Shown here one piece after another: positions 47,752 to 57,366 of a stretch of DNA of 64,000 nucleotides. Within the stretch, counting starts at the first letter, position 1. Each line of letters opens with the position of its first letter. The position numbers and the translations under genes were made by a program. Source of the DNA: an uncultured Candidatus Saccharibacteria bacterium (GTDB lineage Bacteria > Patescibacteriota > Minisyncoccia > Phycocordibacterales > UBA918); NCBI GenBank assembly GCA_964390945.1, contig CAYMIV010000002.1, forward strand, positions 1,784 through 65,783. The letters run 5' to 3'. The notes under the pieces are model-generated. The model had not been told where the DNA came from, searched no databases, and was given only the letters and a program-made list of their open reading frames with translations.

Positions 47752-49551
47752 ATGGGAATATTTGATTTCATTGCAAAAAACATGCAGAGCAGGGGAGAGC
47801 CGGACAATCGCGCCGACGCGGACACCCCCCTCACGACGCGCGATGTTATCGCTCCGTCAGCCATCAGTGTCGGTCCGCGCAACATCAATGTGAGCGGAAA
47901 ATTCGCCCGCGTCTTCTTTGCGGTTTCATACCCTCGATATCTCAACGATGGTTGGATGGAGCCGATTCTCAACATTGAACGCGAAATAGACATCACCATT
48001 GTCGTTCATCCCATCAACACAGCGGAAACCTTGAAGAAATTTCAAAAAAAGGTTGCCGAGGTGCAGAGCCAAATCAACCTCCGCGCGGAGCAGGGTATGG
48101 TGCGCGACCCACAACTTGATGCCGCGTATCGGAACCTTGAGGAGCTCCGCGACAAACTCCAGCAAGCGGAGGAGAAACTGTTCAATGTCGGTTTGTACAT
48201 TGCGCTCTATGGAGACTCCGAGGCGGAGCTCAACAAGAGTGAGGCGGAAATTAAAAGTTCGCTCGATGCCCGCCTCATTTACATCAAACCCGCACTTTTC
48301 CAACAAGAGCAGGGTTTCCGCAGCATCATACCGACTGTTTCAGATGAACTCTTGGTGCACAGCAAATTCAACTCTTCGCCACTTTCCAGTTTTTTTCCAT
48401 TCACTTCGTTTGACCTCACCTCAAACAACGGTATTCTCTACGGGATAAACCGCCACAACTCATCGCTTATTCTTTTCGACCGCTTTTCGCTCCCCAACTA
48501 CAACTCGGTCACCTTTGCAACGTCCGGCGCAGGAAAGTCATACGCGATAAAGTTGGAAATACTCCGCTCCCTCATGTTCGGGACCGAAATTATTGTCATC
48601 GACCCGGAGCGGGAATATGAGTATTTGGCAGAGTCGGCGGGCGGCCGCTTCTTCAACATTTCACTCTCTTCGTCCCACCACATCAATCCGTTCGACCTGC
48701 CGATACCGCAACCCGATGAGAGTCCGGATGATTTGCTCCGCTCTCACATCATTGAACTTGTCGGTCTCTTTAAACTCATGCTTTCCGGTCTTACTCCGGA
48801 AGAGGACGCGATTATTGACCAGGCGCTCCGGGAGACGTACGCACTCAAAGACATCACTGGGAACACCGACTTCACCAACATGAGCCCGCCCCTTCTTTCC
48901 GATTTCGAAATGGTACTTGCGGGCATGGAGGGAAGCGAGTCGTTGGTGCAGCGCCTCTCAAAATACACAACAGGCACGTGGGCTGGGTTTGTGAATCAGC
49001 CAACCAACGTTGATATCAATCAAAAATTCATTGTCTTTTCTCTCCGTGATATGGAGGAGGAGCTGAAGACAATTGCAATGTATATCGTGACGAACCATAT
49101 CTGGGGCGCAATTCGCCGCGAACTTAAAAAACGTCTTCTCGTCATTGATGAGGCGTGGTGGATGCTCAAGTCGCCCGACACAGCGTCGTTTCTCCACAAC
49201 CTCGCCAAGCGCGGACGCAAGTACTATCTTGGACTTGCCACCATAACCCAAGATGTGGACGATTTTCTCCGTTCACCGTATGGCGTACCAATGATCACCA
49301 ACTCTTCAATGCAACTTCTCATGAAGCAATCCCCGACAGCAGTCGATACGCTCCAGAGCGTATTCAACCTCACCGACGAGGAAAAGTTTCTTCTTCTTGA
49401 ATCTGGTGTTGGTGAAGGTATTTTCTTTGCGGGCATGAAGCATGTTGCCATTAAAACAATTGCTTCGTATACAGAAGACCAGATTATCACATCAGACCCG
49501 TCTCAGCTCCTTCAGATACGGAACGCTCGGCTTGAGCTTCAAGGAAAATAA
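47752..49551 (+). CDS. VirB4/TrbE/CagE-family ATPase, ATPase domain (downstream of the in-frame TAG)
   Basis: Walker A ATSGAGKS, Walker B LLVIDEAW and other VirB4 C-terminal motifs. Combined with 47119..47748 the length is ~810 aa, typical for VirB4. Confidence 0.8.
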   Translation: MGIFDFIAKNMQSRGEPDNRADADTPLTTRDVIAPSAISVGPRNINVSGKFARVFFAVSYPRYLNDGWMEPILNIEREIDITIVVHPINTAETLKKFQKKVAEVQSQINLRAEQGMVRDPQLDAAYRNLEELRDKLQQAEEKLFNVGLYIALYGDSEAELNKSEAEIKSSLDARLIYIKPALFQQEQGFRSIIPTVSDELLVHSKFNSSPLSSFFPFTSFDLTSNNGILYGINRHNSSLILFDRFSLPNYNSVTFATSGAGKSYAIKLEILRSLMFGTEIIVIDPEREYEYLAESAGGRFFNISLSSSHHINPFDLPIPQPDESPDDLLRSHIIELVGLFKLMLSGLTPEEDAIIDQALRETYALKDITGNTDFTNMSPPLLSDFEMVLAGMEGSESLVQRLSKYTTGTWAGFVNQPTNVDINQKFIVFSLRDMEEELKTIAMYIVTNHIWGAIRRELKKRLLVIDEAWWMLKSPDTASFLHNLAKRGRKYYLGLATITQDVDDFLRSPYGVPMITNSSMQLLMKQSPTAVDTLQSVFNLTDEEKFLLLESGVGEGIFFAGMKHVAIKTIASYTEDQIITSDPSQLLQIRNARLELQGK

Positions 49552-49569
49552 TCATCTCAACACTACGCT

Positions 49570-50427
49570 ATGCGGGAGCGTGAAAATGACGAATACACAG
49601 ACGAGGAAGGGGTGCGAAATGCTGCCGAATATTCGGATTTTACCAGTGTGCCAGAGGACGGACCGGACTTGCCCGCGAATGAATCAACCATTGAACGCAT
49701 CGATGCCACATACCGCTCACTCAACCGAGGCGCGTCTGGGAGAAGGAGCAACAGATATCGTTCTCCAGCAGCACGAAGGTTGGATGAGCGACCGGGGGTT
49801 GCAAAAGACGCCTACCGAAGGGTGCGCACGGTCCGCAATAACGCCAAAACAGAGGCTTCTCGCGTCTCTACATCAACCAATGTTCGTGACGCGGCACACA
49901 AACAATTCGCCACTCCACTGTCAAAATCCTCCGCCTTTCCTGGGGGTGGTTCGGCGGCTATAAAAACCACCGGGCGTGCCGCCGCTCGTTTTCTCATTAT
50001 GCCCGCCGTGTTTGCGTATGGTGCCCAACTCGTACTTGGACTTATAGCGTTTGGTTTGGTTGGGGTTCATGTGGTTATTCAAGAAATGACGAGCGGGGGA
50101 GGTGTTGTGGCAACGGTGACTGGTTGGTTGCTCGAGGCGGGGAAGACCGTCGTCGGTTGGTTTGCTGACATTCCCGGATTTGATGAGATGGGGATGTTTT
50201 TTTGGTTTTTCGCCTTTCTTGTTGCGCTTTGTGTATTTCTCGGATACATTCTCTTTTTTCATTTTATAGGAATTTCCTTTATGGATTCTGTGACCGCAAC
50301 AATCATTCTTTTTGTTTGTATTGTGCTCTGCTACGTGATTCCGATATTCCCCGGAGCCCTTATCTGGGTGGTATATGTTGTGGCGAAAGACACAGTGAAA
50401 AGTGCGCGGGAGATTGCGGGTGTGTGA
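49570..50427 (+). CDS. hypothetical polytopic membrane protein
   Basis: Arg/Ser-rich cytoplasmic N-terminus followed by about five TM helices. Confidence 0.35.
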   Translation: MRERENDEYTDEEGVRNAAEYSDFTSVPEDGPDLPANESTIERIDATYRSLNRGASGRRSNRYRSPAARRLDERPGVAKDAYRRVRTVRNNAKTEASRVSTSTNVRDAAHKQFATPLSKSSAFPGGGSAAIKTTGRAAARFLIMPAVFAYGAQLVLGLIAFGLVGVHVVIQEMTSGGGVVATVTGWLLEAGKTVVGWFADIPGFDEMGMFFWFFAFLVALCVFLGYILFFHFIGISFMDSVTATIILFVCIVLCYVIPIFPGALIWVVYVVAKDTVKSAREIAGV

Positions 50428-50441
50428 TAAACTTTACCTAT

Positions 50442-51449
50442 ATGGGCATTTGTTCATATGCGCGCATACGGTTGTTTGTTTCTATATTCATTGTAGGTGT
50501 TTTTGTTGCGTTCTTTTCTTCTTCCGCACAAGCACAGAGTTTTACAAGCCTCTTGTCGGGGGGTGGAATTTCTCTTTCTTCACAGCCATCTTTTCCTCTT
50601 CCGCTCTATCCCGTTTCTGTTTCGCTCGAGACTCCAGGGCTAAATTTGGCGGGTTCGAATATTGCATGGTACGTTGATGGTGTTGAGTTTTCGGAAGGAA
50701 AAAATATGCGCTCAATCACCTTTACCACCGGCGAGGTGGGAACGAAGCACACAGTGCGCGCACAAATCACAAACAATGGTGGTGTATCACAGGAAACAAG
50801 CCATTCATTTGTGACAACCAAGGTTGATGTTGTGCTCGAGGCCGACACTGTGGTTCCGCTCTTGTATAAAGGGAAGCCGCTTCCCACGCCGCAAGGGAGC
50901 GTTCGCGCCATTGCGCTGCTCCATGGTTTTAATGGTGACGCAACCACTTATGGGTATGATTGGCGCCTCGATAATAATTCACTGTATGGGGGTCCGGTCC
51001 AGGGTAAGCCGTTTATGGAGTTTGAGGTGCCGCCTTTTGGGAGACACAGACTTTCGGTGCAGGTGTATGATCGCCGCGGAACGTTGGTGGGTGGGGGCGG
51101 TGTGGAAGTTGCCCCAGTACAGCCAGAACTGTATTTTTATGAGGAACATGCCCTTAGTGGGATGAATATGCGGGCGCTTACCGCAGACTTTATTCTCGAG
51201 GGTGACGAAACAACTATTGTTGCATCTCCTTATTACACCGATAATACTAATGGGGGCGCGGCGGTTCACTCCTACATGTGGTCGCTTAATGGTGATTTGG
51301 TTTCAGCAACCGGTGACCGCCCCAACACACTGACGCTTCGTCCGGTTGGAGAAGGGGAGGGTTCGGCAAGGGTTGATTGCCGTCTTTCGGTCGATCGTAC
51401 GATACCGCAACAGGTTTCGAACTCGTTTACAATTTACTACAAAAAATAA
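50442..51449 (+). CDS. hypothetical secreted protein (beta-rich)
   Basis: Signal peptide (ARIRLFVSIFIVGVFVAFFSSSAQA); start reset to the ATG at 50442. Confidence 0.35.
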   Translation: MGICSYARIRLFVSIFIVGVFVAFFSSSAQAQSFTSLLSGGGISLSSQPSFPLPLYPVSVSLETPGLNLAGSNIAWYVDGVEFSEGKNMRSITFTTGEVGTKHTVRAQITNNGGVSQETSHSFVTTKVDVVLEADTVVPLLYKGKPLPTPQGSVRAIALLHGFNGDATTYGYDWRLDNNSLYGGPVQGKPFMEFEVPPFGRHRLSVQVYDRRGTLVGGGGVEVAPVQPELYFYEEHALSGMNMRALTADFILEGDETTIVASPYYTDNTNGGAAVHSYMWSLNGDLVSATGDRPNTLTLRPVGEGEGSARVDCRLSVDRTIPQQVSNSFTIYYKK

Positions 51450-51450
51450 C

Positions 51451-52050
51451 GTGTTTTTGGGAAATTGGTGTCGAATTGTTTATGTGAGTGTGTATTTTTG
51501 GATATGTTTTGGTGTGTGTTTCTTTGTCTTTACCCTCTCTGCATTTGCCGCCGATTACATCCCCCTCACCACCCTCCCTGGTTTGTCACCAAATACGCCT
51601 GTCACGAGCATTCCTGATTTTCTCAACAGAATCTACATCAGCATTATCGGGATTGGCGCCATGTTTGGAGTGGTAAAAATCGCCATCGCGGGTTTCAAGT
51701 GGGCGTTTTCAGACATCATTACCGATAAAGCGTCGGCAAAAAAAGACATTCAGGGTGTTTTACTCGGTCTTGCAATCCTTCTTATTCCTTGGGTTGTGTT
51801 GTACACCATTAACCCTGACTTGGTTAAACTGGATGTTTTAAATTCACTAAAGAACGCCCCCTCAATGGGCACCGGTTCTGGATCTGGGTCGGGTTCGGGG
51901 TCGGGTTCAACTCAAGTAACTGCCCTTTGCTCAACTCAAACTTTTGACTCGGGTGCGTCGTGCCAAACATGGTGTAGTGCATTGTGGAATGGTTCGTATA
52001 ATGCGGGACCTCCGGCGTCTTGTACATATACAATATCTGTCACCCCTTGA
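51451..52050 (+). CDS. candidate VirB2/TrbC-like pilin (start uncertain: GTG at 51451 or 51484)
   Basis: Signal peptide, two hydrophobic helices separated by a short loop (IYISIIGIGAMFGVVKIAIAGF / VLLGLAILLIPWVVLYTI), a (GS)6 linker and a Cys-containing C-terminus. Confidence 0.35.
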   Translation: MFLGNWCRIVYVSVYFWICFGVCFFVFTLSAFAADYIPLTTLPGLSPNTPVTSIPDFLNRIYISIIGIGAMFGVVKIAIAGFKWAFSDIITDKASAKKDIQGVLLGLAILLIPWVVLYTINPDLVKLDVLNSLKNAPSMGTGSGSGSGSGSGSTQVTALCSTQTFDSGASCQTWCSALWNGSYNAGPPASCTYTISVTP

Positions 52051-52064
52051 AGTATTAAGATTTT

Positions 52065-53231
52065 ATGAAAAAATCCCTTATCATCCTCGGCGCACTCCTC
52101 ATTGTGGTGGTTCTTGTTGTGTGGGGATACCTCATGGTATTTGGAGCACCACAGAGCACGGCCGACATTTTTACCTCTTTTGGTATTCGTGGGGAAACAC
52201 AAACAGATTCTTACAACACCCCACCTCCCGACACAATCTCACCAGTAACAGACAATGAGGTTTCAGTATCGGCGCTCCGCCAAGTTGTTGTCGGTATCGA
52301 GGTTGTTGGCGCGGTATTTGTGGGAGATGTGTTGCGTTTTGTTGAGCGAGGAACCGGTCACATATATGATTTGAATATTGTTTCCGGAGAAGTTAAAAAA
52401 GTAAGCGGCACTACCATACCAAAAACAAGCAGTGCTGTGTTTTCAAAAAACGGTTCCCGCGTTGCGATTACACACGAGGATGGCGGTGCATTTCTTACCA
52501 CAATCGGGACGATTGATGGGGGTGGTGTTTTACTCAATATGGTTGGTTTGCAGCCAAATTCGGTTGAGGTTGTGTTTATTTCCGACTCTGTTGTGCGCTA
52601 CCTTGAAACACTTGCTGATGGCACGGTGGGGGTTGAACTTAATCTCGACACGGAGAAAAAAACAAAACTATTCACCACACCTCTCAAACAGTTGCGGCTT
52701 GCGGTAGCGAGCACAACCACCTATGCGTACACAACCCCTTCATCGAAACTGCTTGGTTTTGTATATACGGTTGATGGTGGTTTGCATTATGTATCAAACG
52801 GCGGATTTGGCCTTCTTCCGGTCCCATATGGTGAGGGTGTGGTCCTTTCCACACTAACTGAAAATGGTGTTTTTACTTCGAGTGTTGTGGGTGCACAAAA
52901 CACACCACTCCCTATATCCCTATTTCCGGAGAAGTGCGTCGGGAATCCGAAAACAAACACACTGACGCTTTATTGTTCTGCTCCCGCGCTCGCGCTTTCG
53001 GGTGATTATCCCGATATGTGGTACAAGGGGTTGGTTTCTCTCAAAGACAGTTTCTGGGAGGTTGACCCGGGTACAAACCAATCATTTCTTTTGAGTGATA
53101 TGTTTTTTGAGGGTGGGCGCGAGATTGATGTTTCAAGTATTGGTGTAAGTGTGGACGGATCCTTCGTCTATATGATAAATAAAAACGACAACTCCTTGTG
53201 GTTGTATGATACAACCACACGATCCGAGTAG
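52065..53231 (+). CDS. hypothetical secreted/membrane-anchored beta-rich protein
   Basis: N-terminal TM/signal segment; repetitive beta-strand-like sequence. Confidence 0.35.
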   Translation: MKKSLIILGALLIVVVLVVWGYLMVFGAPQSTADIFTSFGIRGETQTDSYNTPPPDTISPVTDNEVSVSALRQVVVGIEVVGAVFVGDVLRFVERGTGHIYDLNIVSGEVKKVSGTTIPKTSSAVFSKNGSRVAITHEDGGAFLTTIGTIDGGGVLLNMVGLQPNSVEVVFISDSVVRYLETLADGTVGVELNLDTEKKTKLFTTPLKQLRLAVASTTTYAYTTPSSKLLGFVYTVDGGLHYVSNGGFGLLPVPYGEGVVLSTLTENGVFTSSVVGAQNTPLPISLFPEKCVGNPKTNTLTLYCSAPALALSGDYPDMWYKGLVSLKDSFWEVDPGTNQSFLLSDMFFEGGREIDVSSIGVSVDGSFVYMINKNDNSLWLYDTTTRSE

Positions 53232-53233
53232 TT

Positions 53234-53983
53234 TTATTGGTGGGATGTTTGTTTGAGGCCTTTATGCCGAACCACATATTCCTGCAAAATTGCCATGATG
53301 TTGCTCACAAAGAAGTAAAGTGCAATGGCGCTTGAGATTGAGTATGCGAAGAATGTAATAAGAATTGGCATCATGTATCTCATCTGCATGTTCATACTTC
53401 TTGATATATCTTCTTTGAAGTTTGGTGCTGCTTTGGGGTCGCGTGGCTCTGTTTTTGGTATTGAGAGGTGTCCATGGAGGTACTGTGTTGCGCCTGCAAG
53501 GAGCGCGAGTGGTAAACTTTTTGCGGTGATGTCGAGAATCCCAAAGAAAAGCATTGTAATTTTTTCCGGGTTTGGAACAAACCCATAGAGTAGGGCTGTG
53601 TTTATATTGGGGAGCGGAACCCCTCCTCCATTTGAAACAGCGAGATAGAGCGCAATGATGATGGGAATTTGAATAAAGAGGAGAAGGATGCTCAAGAATG
53701 GATTTACTCCCGCGTTTTGATAGAGCTCCATTGTTTTAAGAGCGAGCTCCTCCTTTTTTTCCTTATATTTTTCTTTGAGGTCTTTGAGTTTTGGTTCAAG
53801 ATCCCTCATTGCAATTTGTGTTTTTGCCGCCTTAAGAGAGATGGGGAGGAGAATGAGTTTTACCAACACCACAGTGAGGATAATGGCAATCCCGACGTCG
53901 CCTTTTGGAACGGCGTCAATAAAGAAAACGAGTGTGTTGTATACCGGGTCAAAGAATATGGTATGCCAAATTGTTCCAAACAT
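53234..53983 (-). CDS. yidC: membrane protein insertase YidC/Oxa1 (short form)
   Basis: Conserved YidC core helices; lies in the rpmH-rnpA-yidC operon context. Confidence 0.85.
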   Translation of the reverse strand: MFGTIWHTIFFDPVYNTLVFFIDAVPKGDVGIAIILTVVLVKLILLPISLKAAKTQIAMRDLEPKLKDLKEKYKEKKEELALKTMELYQNAGVNPFLSILLLFIQIPIIIALYLAVSNGGGVPLPNINTALLYGFVPNPEKITMLFFGILDITAKSLPLALLAGATQYLHGHLSIPKTEPRDPKAAPNFKEDISRSMNMQMRYMMPILITFFAYSISSAIALYFFVSNIMAILQEYVVRHKGLKQTSHQ

Positions 53984-53993
53984 AGTGGTGATT

Positions 53994-54305
53994 TTATGAT
54001 TGTGAGACGAGGTTGGTAATGTGGGCGCGCAGTTCCGGTGGGGTAAGTGTGTTGATTGGTTTTTTCAGTATAAAAATATATACGCCGTTTTTTATTCCTG
54101 TTGTTCGTATTGTGTTGTATATTCGCCGGCGTGCTCTGTTTCGTTCAGCCGCAAGTTTTACGATTTTTTTTGGTATTACCACAGCGCAATGCAGTTTTGG
54201 GTGTTGTGAGTAAACACAATAGAGGTGTGGTGCGTGCGTGCGTCTCCCTGACGAAAAAAAACGATTGAACACCTCTCTCGTCAATCGTTCTTTTTTCTTC
54301 ATCAT
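53994..54305 (-). CDS. rnpA: RNase P protein component
   Basis: Basic ~103-aa protein with the RnpA-like motif, sitting between rpmH and yidC. Confidence 0.75.
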   Translation of the reverse strand: MMKKKERLTREVFNRFFSSGRRTHAPHLYCVYSQHPKLHCAVVIPKKIVKLAAERNRARRRIYNTIRTTGIKNGVYIFILKKPINTLTPPELRAHITNLVSQS

Positions 54306-54320
54306 GGGTATAGTCTACGA

Positions 54321-54458
54321 CTATACACTAAGTTTTGCACGGCCTTTTTTGCGCCGCGCTTTGAGAACTTTTTTTCCTTTTTTTGTTGCGGAGCGCACAA
54401 GATACCCGTGTGTTGTCGCTCGCTTCTTCTTTTTTGGTTGGTATGTTTGTTTGGACAT
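54321..54458 (-). CDS. rpmH: 50S ribosomal protein L34
   Basis: [45 protein letters not shown], 45 aa. The reported ORF is a spurious 5' extension, so the start is reset to the ATG at 54458. Confidence 0.9.
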   Translation of the reverse strand: MSKQTYQPKKKKRATTHGYLVRSATKKGKKVLKARRKKGRAKLSV

Positions 54459-54635
54459 GTTGTTTGTCTGATTTCGCCACTCTACACTACATGGAAAACA
54501 AAAGCAATCTTTTTTTGTTCTCCACACGTTGTACACAGTGGTTGTGCAGGTTTGTTTTTTATATGGCGAATAATCAACTATATTTACACTTTTCCACAGG
54601 TCGGTATAATGTCTGTCATTACATTTGTTTTTCAG

Positions 54636-56024
54636 ATGAACACTATGAGTTATCTCCCAAACACATCGACAAGTATTGTTCAAACGGAACAAATTGATGT
54701 TAAAAAACTTTGGGATGATGCGCTTGTTAATATCGAACTCTCGATAACACCAGCAAACTTTAAGACGTGGTTTCGGGACACCTATATTCTCTCCCTTGAA
54801 GACGGCACTGTTTCACTTGCTGTTCCGAGTGTTTTTGTCCGGGATTGGGTCAGTGATAAGTTTCAGGCCCTTATTTTAAAGACGCTTCGTGATTTAACCC
54901 CGCATGTAAGGAGTATTGAGTATGCGGTTGTGCAGAGAAGCGATAGAAAAATAGAATCCTCAAAAAAACAAACAGTGAATGCGGCTCTTCCTCTCGAAGA
55001 GTATTACATAAACAAGAGCGACAATTTGAACCCAAAGTATGTATTTGAAACTTTTGTTGTCGGTCCTTTTAATGAGTTGTCTCATGCGGCGGCAAAAACT
55101 GTTGTTCTAAAGCCGGGTATTGCATACAACCCCCTCTTTATATATGGAAAGACTGGGCATGGAAAAACCCACCTTATTCAAGCGGTTGGGAATCAGTTGA
55201 AACGCGTTGGGAAGAAGGTATTCTATGTGACGAGTGAGCGTTTTGCGGTTGATTATATGAATTCTCTCCAGAGTGGAACGGCGAATAATTTTAAGGATAA
55301 ATATCGCCAATATGATGTTTTGATTATGGACGACGTACAGTTTCTTGCAAATAAAGAAAAAACACAAGAAGAACTCTTCCATCTTTTTAATGCAATGCAC
55401 GACAACAACAAACAAATTGTTTTCTCGAGCGATGTACATCCTGCGCTTATGTTAAATATGGAAGAGCGCCTGCGTTCTCGTTTTTCACAAGGAATGATCG
55501 TTGATATCCCGTCCCCTGATACGGAGTCGCGTGGGGCTATTTTAAAGTCAAAAGCCGCCCAAAACGGCATAACCTTATCAAATGATGTTGTTGACCATCT
55601 TTCTGGAGTAATAGAGGGAAATATTCGAGAGCTTGAGGGTGCTTTAAATACCATTCTCTGTCAATCACAACTCCTTGGTAGGACACTCACACTCGATGAG
55701 GTGAAGGTTCTTATTAAAAATAGTACACGGCCGAGAAAATCTCTCGCTGTTTCCGATGTTGTTGACAAAATCGCCCGTTTTTATGATGTTGAACCAGCGA
55801 GTATTTATGAAAAAACAAGGAGGAAGGAGGTTGTAAAACCCCGTCAGCTCATTATGTACATTCTCCGTGAAGATTTTCAAGTTTCATACCCTGCTATCGG
55901 TCAAAAATTGGGTGGTCGTGACCACACTACAGTTATTCACTCGTGTGAAAAAATAAAGCGGGAACTTATTGGCGACACAGACCTCGAGGATGAGGTTTCC
56001 CAAATACGCACACTCCTTAAGTAA
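54636..56024 (+). CDS. dnaA: chromosomal replication initiator DnaA
   Basis: AAA+ Walker [11 protein letters not shown] and the C-terminal DNA-binding domain. The start is reset to the ATG at 54636; a TATAAT box at 54604-54609 argues against the upstream in-frame ATG at 54609. Confidence 0.9.
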   Translation: MNTMSYLPNTSTSIVQTEQIDVKKLWDDALVNIELSITPANFKTWFRDTYILSLEDGTVSLAVPSVFVRDWVSDKFQALILKTLRDLTPHVRSIEYAVVQRSDRKIESSKKQTVNAALPLEEYYINKSDNLNPKYVFETFVVGPFNELSHAAAKTVVLKPGIAYNPLFIYGKTGHGKTHLIQAVGNQLKRVGKKVFYVTSERFAVDYMNSLQSGTANNFKDKYRQYDVLIMDDVQFLANKEKTQEELFHLFNAMHDNNKQIVFSSDVHPALMLNMEERLRSRFSQGMIVDIPSPDTESRGAILKSKAAQNGITLSNDVVDHLSGVIEGNIRELEGALNTILCQSQLLGRTLTLDEVKVLIKNSTRPRKSLAVSDVVDKIARFYDVEPASIYEKTRRKEVVKPRQLIMYILREDFQVSYPAIGQKLGGRDHTTVIHSCEKIKRELIGDTDLEDEVSQIRTLLK

Positions 56025-56275
56025 GGTGTGGAAAATGTGTGTTTTGTTCTTTACAGATTGTGGTTTTCCTGTGTTCTTTCGTTTCACTCTATAAAAATAA
56101 ATTATTTATAGGGCGTTACTCACATTATTATTATTCCTTTGTTTATAAAATACACATATTTATACAAAATTGTTTTAAAAAATATGTTGTATTTATTGTA
56201 TAAAATCCACAATCCACACATCCACACAACTAATAATAAAATTGTTTTTTAAAAAAAGAAAAATAAAAACACACT
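56025..56275. promoter_or_regulatory. candidate oriC (DnaA boxes plus AT-rich unwinding region) between dnaA and dnaN
   Basis: TTTTCCACA on the reverse strand at 56027-56035; tandem aaTCCACAa x3 at 56203-56228; the surrounding AT content is above 80%. More DnaA-box-like 9-mers lie upstream of dnaA (TTCTCCACA ~54527, TTTTCCACA ~54588). Confidence 0.55.
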
Positions 56276-57364
56276 ATGCACATCACTTTAGACACACAAG
56301 AATTTAAAAATGCCCTTGATGTTGTTGCTCGTGTGAGTACAAAGCACATTACTCTCCCCGTTCTCCAATGCGTTCTCCTTGAAGCAACAAAAGATACGCT
56401 GTTTTTTAAATCAACAAACCTTGAAATTCATATTGAGGTGGAGATACCGATAAAAAACACCACACCGGGAACTATTGCAGTTCCCGCCGTAACACTTCTT
56501 CAAATAATAAACCTCATTAACCAAAAAACAATTTCAATCTCAATTGAAGGTGAAAACCTTGTTATTGAATCACAAAACTCAAAAACAGAAATACGGAGCC
56601 TCCCACCAGAAGACTTCCCAAAAATACCAAAAATAGAGGAGAAACCAAAAAAAATAAAAGGCTCTCAATTTGCTCTTGGTATAAAAACAACAGCCTTCAC
56701 AGCATCACAATCATCAATAAAACCGGAACTTGGGAGCGTATACATATATCAAAAAAAAGAGAACACACTCACCTTTGTTGCGACCGACTCTTTCCGTCTT
56801 ATGGAAAAAACTGTCGCTCAACCTCATGTTGTGTTGGATCATCACCTCCTTATACCATTTAAAAACGCACTCGAGATGGCGCGTGTCGCGGAGATGTCTG
56901 ACGAGATTGATTTATATGTTACTGAAAACCAATGTGCTCTCCGGGTAAAAAACATATACATAACAACACGCCTCATAAACGGGACTTTCCCTGACTATGA
57001 ACAAATAATTCCAAAAGAATATGTTTCACATGCAACTATACACACAGTTGATTTTATTAATTCCTTAAAGAAAACAAACATATTTCTTAATAAATTTTTA
57101 CAGGTATCACTTATACTTTCAGGAAAATATCTCACTCTCTCATCCCAAAACACCGAAAGCGGCTCAACAACAGAATCAATTCACGCGGCAATAGAAGGTC
57201 AAGAAATTACACTTAACTTCAACCAAAGATATTTAAGCGAAATAACCCAATATTTAACTGATGAGAGTGTATGTTTTCACTGTGCTGGCATAGGAAGGCC
57301 AATGGTTATTGAAAACCTACATGACCGCTCGCTTCGATATTTAGTGATGCCTATGAACAAATAA
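56276..57364 (+). CDS. dnaN: DNA polymerase III beta sliding clamp
   Basis: 362 aa with three-domain beta-clamp organisation, immediately after dnaA. Confidence 0.9.
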   Translation: MHITLDTQEFKNALDVVARVSTKHITLPVLQCVLLEATKDTLFFKSTNLEIHIEVEIPIKNTTPGTIAVPAVTLLQIINLINQKTISISIEGENLVIESQNSKTEIRSLPPEDFPKIPKIEEKPKKIKGSQFALGIKTTAFTASQSSIKPELGSVYIYQKKENTLTFVATDSFRLMEKTVAQPHVVLDHHLLIPFKNALEMARVAEMSDEIDLYVTENQCALRVKNIYITTRLINGTFPDYEQIIPKEYVSHATIHTVDFINSLKKTNIFLNKFLQVSLILSGKYLTLSSQNTESGSTTESIHAAIEGQEITLNFNQRYLSEITQYLTDESVCFHCAGIGRPMVIENLHDRSLRYLVMPMNK

Positions 57365-57366
57365 TA

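Noticed and set aside
54459-54692. Long N-terminal extension of the rpmH ORF (123 aa)
   Set aside because: L34 is a 45-aa protein and homology starts at MSKQTY (ATG at 54458). The upstream part overlaps the dnaA promoter and DnaA-box region.
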